Positions 43,109 through 47,514 of a stretch of 47,514 nt of DNA are shown here, piece after piece. This stretch comes from Acidimicrobiia bacterium. Lineage in GTDB: Bacteria > Actinomycetota > Acidimicrobiia > Spongiisociales > ZC4RG35. The notes below the pieces were generated by a model, which saw nothing but the letters and a program-made list of their open reading frames with translations, ran no database searches and was not told the origin of the DNA. Location: contig JAWWBL010000002.1 of NCBI GenBank assembly GCA_033720975.1, positions 1 to 47,514 of the forward strand, read 5' to 3'. The position numbers and the translations under genes are program-made. Position 1 is the stretch's first letter. Each line of letters opens with the position of its first letter.

Positions 43109-43109
<1 letters not shown>
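42702..43109 (+). CDS. nuoA: NADH-quinone oxidoreductase subunit A
   Basis: 135 aa, GTG start, three TM helices, KLDPYECG motif. Confidence 0.9.
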
Positions 43110-43572
<463 letters not shown>

Positions 43573-43576
<4 letters not shown>

Positions 43577-44046
43577 CGCCGTTGCTCGAGCAACTCGCAT
43601 CCTCGTTCGAAGCGGTTGTCTGGGAGGAGTCCCATGGTCAGGACGTTGCCATCGTCCCCGGAGATGAGTGGCTCCCGTTCGCCGAGGCAGCACAGGACGC
43701 GGGGTTCGTGCTCCTCGCCGATATCACCGCTGTCGACTGGATGCGTAAGCGGGCGGAGAGGTTCGAGGTCGTCGCCAATCTCGTGTCCATGGATCCGCCC
43801 GCACGGCTGCGGATGAGGACGGGAGTGGGCCGGGAAGATCCGGTGGTTGACTCGCTGACCTCGCTGTGGCCCGGAGCCTCGTTCGCCGAGCGGGAGGTCT
43901 ACGACATGTTCGGCATCCAATTCAAAGGTCATCCCGACCTGACCCGAATTCTCATGCCTGACGATTGGGAGGGTCATCCCCTGCGCAAGGACTTCGGGGT
44001 CGGCTCGGTGCCCGTTCAGTTCAAGGAATCACACCAGGCAACCTGA
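43573..44046 (+). CDS. nuoC: NADH-quinone oxidoreductase subunit C
   Basis: 157 aa from ATG 43573 (ATGA overlap with nuoB); [18 protein letters not shown] signature. Confidence 0.9.
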
Positions 44047-45392
44047 TGACTGAAGAGAAGAACAAGGAGATGCTCGACGTCTGGATCGCCGGGACCGAAG
44101 AGCCGGGCTTCCAGCCAACGTCGGAGGGTGCTCAGGAGGTGAGTGAGCACGAGTCCGGGGAGCGTCTCGCCACTCAGTACGGCAAGGTGATCGACGACGA
44201 CTACGTCTTCGACGACGAGGTCGACGAGGACGAGCGCACCATCATCAACATGGGTCCTCAACACCCCTCCACCCATGGCGTGTTGCGACTTCAGATCGAG
44301 CTCGAAGGCGAGATCGTCAGGAGGACCAAGCCGATAATCGGGTACCTCCACACAGGCATGGAGAAGACCGCCGAGCAGCTCACTTTCGCCCAAGGCCCAA
44401 CCAACGTGACCCGGATGGATTACCTGGCCCCGCTCCACAACGAGTTGGTTTTCTCGCTCGCAGTAGAGCGGCTGCTCGACGTTGAAGTGCCTCCCCGGGC
44501 AGCGGCGATTCGTGTGTTGATGACAGAGCTCAACAGGATCGCTTCACACCTGGTGGCCCTGGCCACCAACGGCCTTGATCTTGGGGCGCTGTCCATGATG
44601 ATCTACGGCTTCCGGGAGCGCGAGCTGATTCTCTCCTTCTTCGAGAAAACCACCGGCCTGCGCATGAACCACAACTACATCCGCCCGGGCGGAGTCGCCG
44701 CCGATCTCCCTTCGGGATGGAAGGACGACGTGGCGGGGATCCTGGCAGCAATCCCGGGCCGCTTGGAGCAGTACGACGATCTCCTCAGGGAGAATCCGAT
44801 CTGGCTCAGCCGCACCCGAGGTGTCGGTGTCATCACCAAAGAGGAAGCGCTGGCTCTGTCCGTCACCGGTCCGATCCTGAGGGCGACCGGAGTCTCCTGG
44901 GACCTTCGGAAGGCGTTCCCGTATTCGGGGTTCGAGCAGTACGAGTTCGACGTCATCACAGGGGAGAACGGCGACGTCTACGACCGTTATCGGGTGCGCG
45001 TCGACGAGATAGCCGAATCGCTGAAGATCGTCTCCCAGGTGATGGACACCATGCCCAAGGGCGACTACCGCGTGCGTGACCGAAAGGTGACCCCTCCGCC
45101 CCGCGCCCGTCTCGACGAGAGCATGGAGGCTCTGATCCACCACTTCAAGCTCTTCACCGAGGGTTTCAAGGTTCCGCCTGGAGAGACCTACCTGGCCGTC
45201 GAATCCCCCCGGGGGGAGCTCGGGTGCTACCTGGTCTCCGACGGAGAGGGCAAGCCGTACCGGATGCACACCCGCGCCCCGTCGTTCTACAACATCCAGG
45301 CCCTGCCCACGACCATGGCCGACTCCCTGGTCGCCGACACCATCGCCACGATCGCCTCGCTGGACCCGGTCATGGGAGATGTGGATAGATGA
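44046..45392 (+). CDS. nuoD: NADH-quinone oxidoreductase subunit D (with acidic N-terminal extension)
   Basis: 448 aa from ATG 44046 (TGATG overlap). NMGPQHPSTHGVLRL signature and C-terminal ...SLDPVMGDVDR. Confidence 0.92.
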   Translation: MTEEKNKEMLDVWIAGTEEPGFQPTSEGAQEVSEHESGERLATQYGKVIDDDYVFDDEVDEDERTIINMGPQHPSTHGVLRLQIELEGEIVRRTKPIIGYLHTGMEKTAEQLTFAQGPTNVTRMDYLAPLHNELVFSLAVERLLDVEVPPRAAAIRVLMTELNRIASHLVALATNGLDLGALSMMIYGFRERELILSFFEKTTGLRMNHNYIRPGGVAADLPSGWKDDVAGILAAIPGRLEQYDDLLRENPIWLSRTRGVGVITKEEALALSVTGPILRATGVSWDLRKAFPYSGFEQYEFDVITGENGDVYDRYRVRVDEIAESLKIVSQVMDTMPKGDYRVRDRKVTPPPRARLDESMEALIHHFKLFTEGFKVPPGETYLAVESPRGELGCYLVSDGEGKPYRMHTRAPSFYNIQALPTTMADSLVADTIATIASLDPVMGDVDR

Positions 45393-45448
45393 TGCGGGTC
45401 CGCCCCCTCCGACTCCGCCTAAGCCCGATGGCGGCGGGAGGAAACCCC

Positions 45449-45557
45449 TTTCTCCCCCCGCCTTCGGGGGGAGTACCGGGCGTAGCCCGGGGAGGGGGGC
45501 GTTCTTTCTCCCCCTGCGGAGCGGGGGGAGTACCGGGCGTAGCCCGGGGAGGGGGGC
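45449..45557. repeat. Tandem pair of REP-like G+C-rich hairpin elements between nuoD and the conserved nuoE core
   Basis: Copy A 45449-45500 and copy B 45503-45557. An identical 35-mer GGGGGGAGTACCGGGCGTAGCCCGGGGAGGGGGGC occurs at 45466-45500 and 45523-45557 (57-nt period). Each copy has CTCCCCC(C)/GGGGGGAG and CCGGGC/GCCCGG inverted repeats. Confidence 0.7.
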
Positions 45558-45564
45558 AGCTCCG

Positions 45565-46185
45565 GTGAGCTGGTCGCTTCCAACCCAGGACCGCGCTCGG
45601 GAGATCATCTCCAGGTACCCGGAGAAGCGGTCGGCGGTGATGCCCCTCCTCTACCTCGCCATGGCCGAGGACGGCCACCTCACCGACGAGGGCATGGAGG
45701 AGGTGGCCCGCTGGACCGGGATGACTCCCGCCCAGGTCCAGGCGGTGGCCAGCTTCTACACGATGTACAAGCGGGAGAAGACCGGCCGCTACCTGATTTC
45801 CTGCTGCACGTCCATCTCCTGCATGCTGCTTGGCGGCGACGACGTCCTGCACGCCGTCGAGGACCAGTCGGGGGTGCCACACGGGGAGACCGACGACGAG
45901 GGGTTTCTCTCTGTGGAGCACGTTGAGTGCATTGGCGCATGCGGCGGTGCCCCCGCGGTGCAGGTGAACTACGAGTTGATCGAGGGTGTGACGCCCGAGA
46001 AAGCTCGTGAGCTCGTCGACTGGTTGAAGCGGGCGCGGCCCGAAGTGGTCAACACCGATGAGATTCAGCAGTTGTTCGGCGGTGGCAGGAGCTTCGACTG
46101 GGCGATTCCCGAGGACCTGGGTGCTGTCGGGCCGTATCCGGCATTCCAGCCCCTGGGCACGGCCGCCAAAGAGGGCGGTGAATGA
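45565..46185 (+). CDS. nuoE: NADH-quinone oxidoreductase subunit E
   Basis: Conserved core starts at GTG 45565 (VSWSLPTQDRAREIISRYPEKRSAVMPLLYLA...). [2Fe-2S] Cys in CCTSISC and ECIGACGGAP. The ORF is also open from ATG 45379 through the repeat pair, so the start is uncertain. Confidence 0.8.
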   Translation: MSWSLPTQDRAREIISRYPEKRSAVMPLLYLAMAEDGHLTDEGMEEVARWTGMTPAQVQAVASFYTMYKREKTGRYLISCCTSISCMLLGGDDVLHAVEDQSGVPHGETDDEGFLSVEHVECIGACGGAPAVQVNYELIEGVTPEKARELVDWLKRARPEVVNTDEIQQLFGGGRSFDWAIPEDLGAVGPYPAFQPLGTAAKEGGE

Positions 46186-47514
46186 GCACTCTTCTCGTCA
46201 CCAAGCGGATGACCGATCATCCGTCCGACTCACACACCCTCGAGAGGTACGAGTCGACCGGCGGCTATGCCCAGGCGAAACGCTCCTTGGGGATGAGCCG
46301 GGAGGAGCTCGTGGAAGAGGTAAAGGCATCGGGACTTCTCGGTCGGGGCGGCGCCGGGTTCTCCGCCGGCCTCAAATGGAGCTTTCTCGCTCCTGCCCGC
46401 CCGGCCTACCTGGTGGTGAACGCTGACGAATCCGAGCCGGGCACTTTCAAGGACCGCCAACTGCTGGAGCGCGATCCCCATCAGATGATCGATGGGATCA
46501 TCATCGCCTCGGTGGCAAACGAGGTGCACCACGCCTTCATCTACATACGAGGCGAGTACTCCAAGCCGGCCCGCCGGGTCCAGGCTGCACTCGATGAGGC
46601 TTACGAGAAGGGATACCTGGGCAAAGGCATTTTCGGCTCCGATTACGACCTGGATGTGACTGTCCATCTCGGTGCCGGCGCCTACATATGCGGGGAGGAG
46701 ACGGCCCTCATCAACTCACTTGAGGGCTCGCGTGGCGAGCCAAGGCTGAAGCCTCCTTACTTTCCGGCGGCGAAGGGGCTCTACATGCTCCCAACGATCG
46801 TCAACAACGTCGAGACTCTCTCCAACCTGCCGCACATCCTCGCCATGGGCGCGGGTGACTACTCCACTCTCACCGGCTCGGACGACTCTGGGACTTTCCT
46901 GATGTCTCTGTCGGGCCATGTCAACAAGCCCGGCAACTACGAGCTCCCCCACGGCCCCACCTGGCGGGAACTGATCTACGACATCGGTGGCGGGATTCGT
47001 GACGGAAACGAATTGAAGGCCTGGATCCCGGGTGGTGCGTCGGCCCCGTGGTTCGTCCCGGACAAGCACCTCGACCTCGCCATCACGGCAGCCGACACCG
47101 CTGCAGCCGGCTCGATGCTGGGCTCGGGCGCAGTGATCGTCATGGACGACACAACATGCATGGTGAGGGCCGCTGAGCGCATCATCCGGTTCTTTTCCCA
47201 CGAGTCTTGCGGCCAGTGCACACCTTGCCGAGAGGGGACGACGTGGCTGGAGATGATCCTGCGCCGAATCGAAGAGGGCCAAGGCCGACCCGTTGACCTC
47301 GAGTTGGCGATCGACGTCTCCGACGGCATCTCGGTGGGTCTGGCCTGGCCACCGCGAATGACGACGATTTGCCCGCTGGGGCCATCCGCGGTCTCGCCGA
47401 TCATTGCCCTCCGTGACTACTTCAGCGACGAGGTCGAGGCGCATGTGACGGCGGGCGGCTGCCCCTTTTCTCCCCCCGCGGGGCGGGGGGAGTCCCGGGC
47501 GCAGCCCGGGGAGG
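46182..47514 (+). CDS. nuoF: NADH-quinone oxidoreductase subunit F (3' end not reached in this window)
   Basis: ATG 46182 (ATGA overlap with nuoE). GRGGAGF, GAGAYICGEETALINSLEG and ESCGQCTPCREG motifs. The frame stays open to the window end. Confidence 0.9.
   Translation, partial: MSTLLVTKRMTDHPSDSHTLERYESTGGYAQAKRSLGMSREELVEEVKASGLLGRGGAGFSAGLKWSFLAPARPAYLVVNADESEPGTFKDRQLLERDPHQMIDGIIIASVANEVHHAFIYIRGEYSKPARRVQAALDEAYEKGYLGKGIFGSDYDLDVTVHLGAGAYICGEETALINSLEGSRGEPRLKPPYFPAAKGLYMLPTIVNNVETLSNLPHILAMGAGDYSTLTGSDDSGTFLMSLSGHVNKPGNYELPHGPTWRELIYDIGGGIRDGNELKAWIPGGASAPWFVPDKHLDLAITAADTAAAGSMLGSGAVIVMDDTTCMVRAAERIIRFFSHESCGQCTPCREGTTWLEMILRRIEEGQGRPVDLELAIDVSDGISVGLAWPPRMTTICPLGPSAVSPIIALRDYFSDEVEAHVTAGGCPFSPPAGRGESRAQPGE
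47466..47514. repeat. Third copy of the REP-like hairpin element (truncated by window end)
   Basis: TTTTCTCCCCCCGCGGGGCGGGGGGAGTCCCGGGCGCAGCCCGGGGAGG has the same architecture as the 45449-45557 copies (CTCCCCCC/GGGGGGAG hairpin, then CCCGGGC/GCCCGGG hairpin). It lies right after the conserved NuoF C-terminus (...HVTAGGCP). Confidence 0.65.

Noticed and set aside
45466-45557. Possible CRISPR array, since two identical 35-nt repeats are present.
   Set aside because: There are only two repeats, the intervening segment is only 22 nt, the repeats are internally palindromic REP-like elements, a third diverged copy lies 2 kb away, and no cas genes are present in the window.

Overview
High-G+C, gene-dense chromosomal window (about 50 protein genes; no rRNA, tRNA, CRISPR array or obvious mobile element). 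Gene content suggests an actinobacterial-type genome: Rex, NrdJ with NrdR boxes, and a nuo operon. All calls come from reading the ORF translations and the DNA by eye; no database search was run.

Left to right:
- An ABC-2 exporter (one ATPase, two permeases), a nitroreductase, and a purine salvage/transport group (deoD, azlCD, NCS2 permease).
- A methyltransferase, and a membrane-anchored cupredoxin-multicopper oxidase fusion.
- Class II ribonucleotide reductase nrdJ, with a recognisable promoter and tandem NrdR boxes.
- A peroxiredoxin-like gene interrupted by one in-frame TGA exactly at the first Cys of its CxxC motif (selenoprotein candidate), followed by lutABC.
- A set of small or unusual genes: MoaD-membrane fusion, M23 peptidase, RsiG-like coiled-coil protein, asparaginase-II family protein, CAP/SCP protein, Clp1-like P-loop kinase, and a DUF62 SAM hydrolase.
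- A roughly 9-kb respiratory island (26.7-35.9 kb).
- A zinc-ribbon/cyclase/STAND protein, rex, a geranylgeranyl reductase, and nuoA to nuoF (nuoF is cut by the window end).

The most unusual content is the respiratory island. A split b6/subunit-IV-type Rieske-cytochrome b operon also encodes a 2x[4Fe-4S] ferredoxin-type protein and a dihaem cytochrome c. It is transcribed divergently from an operon encoding a CcoN-fold protein that has lost every canonical histidine metal ligand, a CcoO-like cytochrome c and a further cytochrome c. Three of these subunits share a conserved cytoplasmic N-terminal module of about 45 aa.

Other points worth a second look are REP-like hairpin repeats inside the nuo operon, Rex operators at rex and nuoA, and an AT-richer convergent intergenic region with DnaA-box-like motifs.
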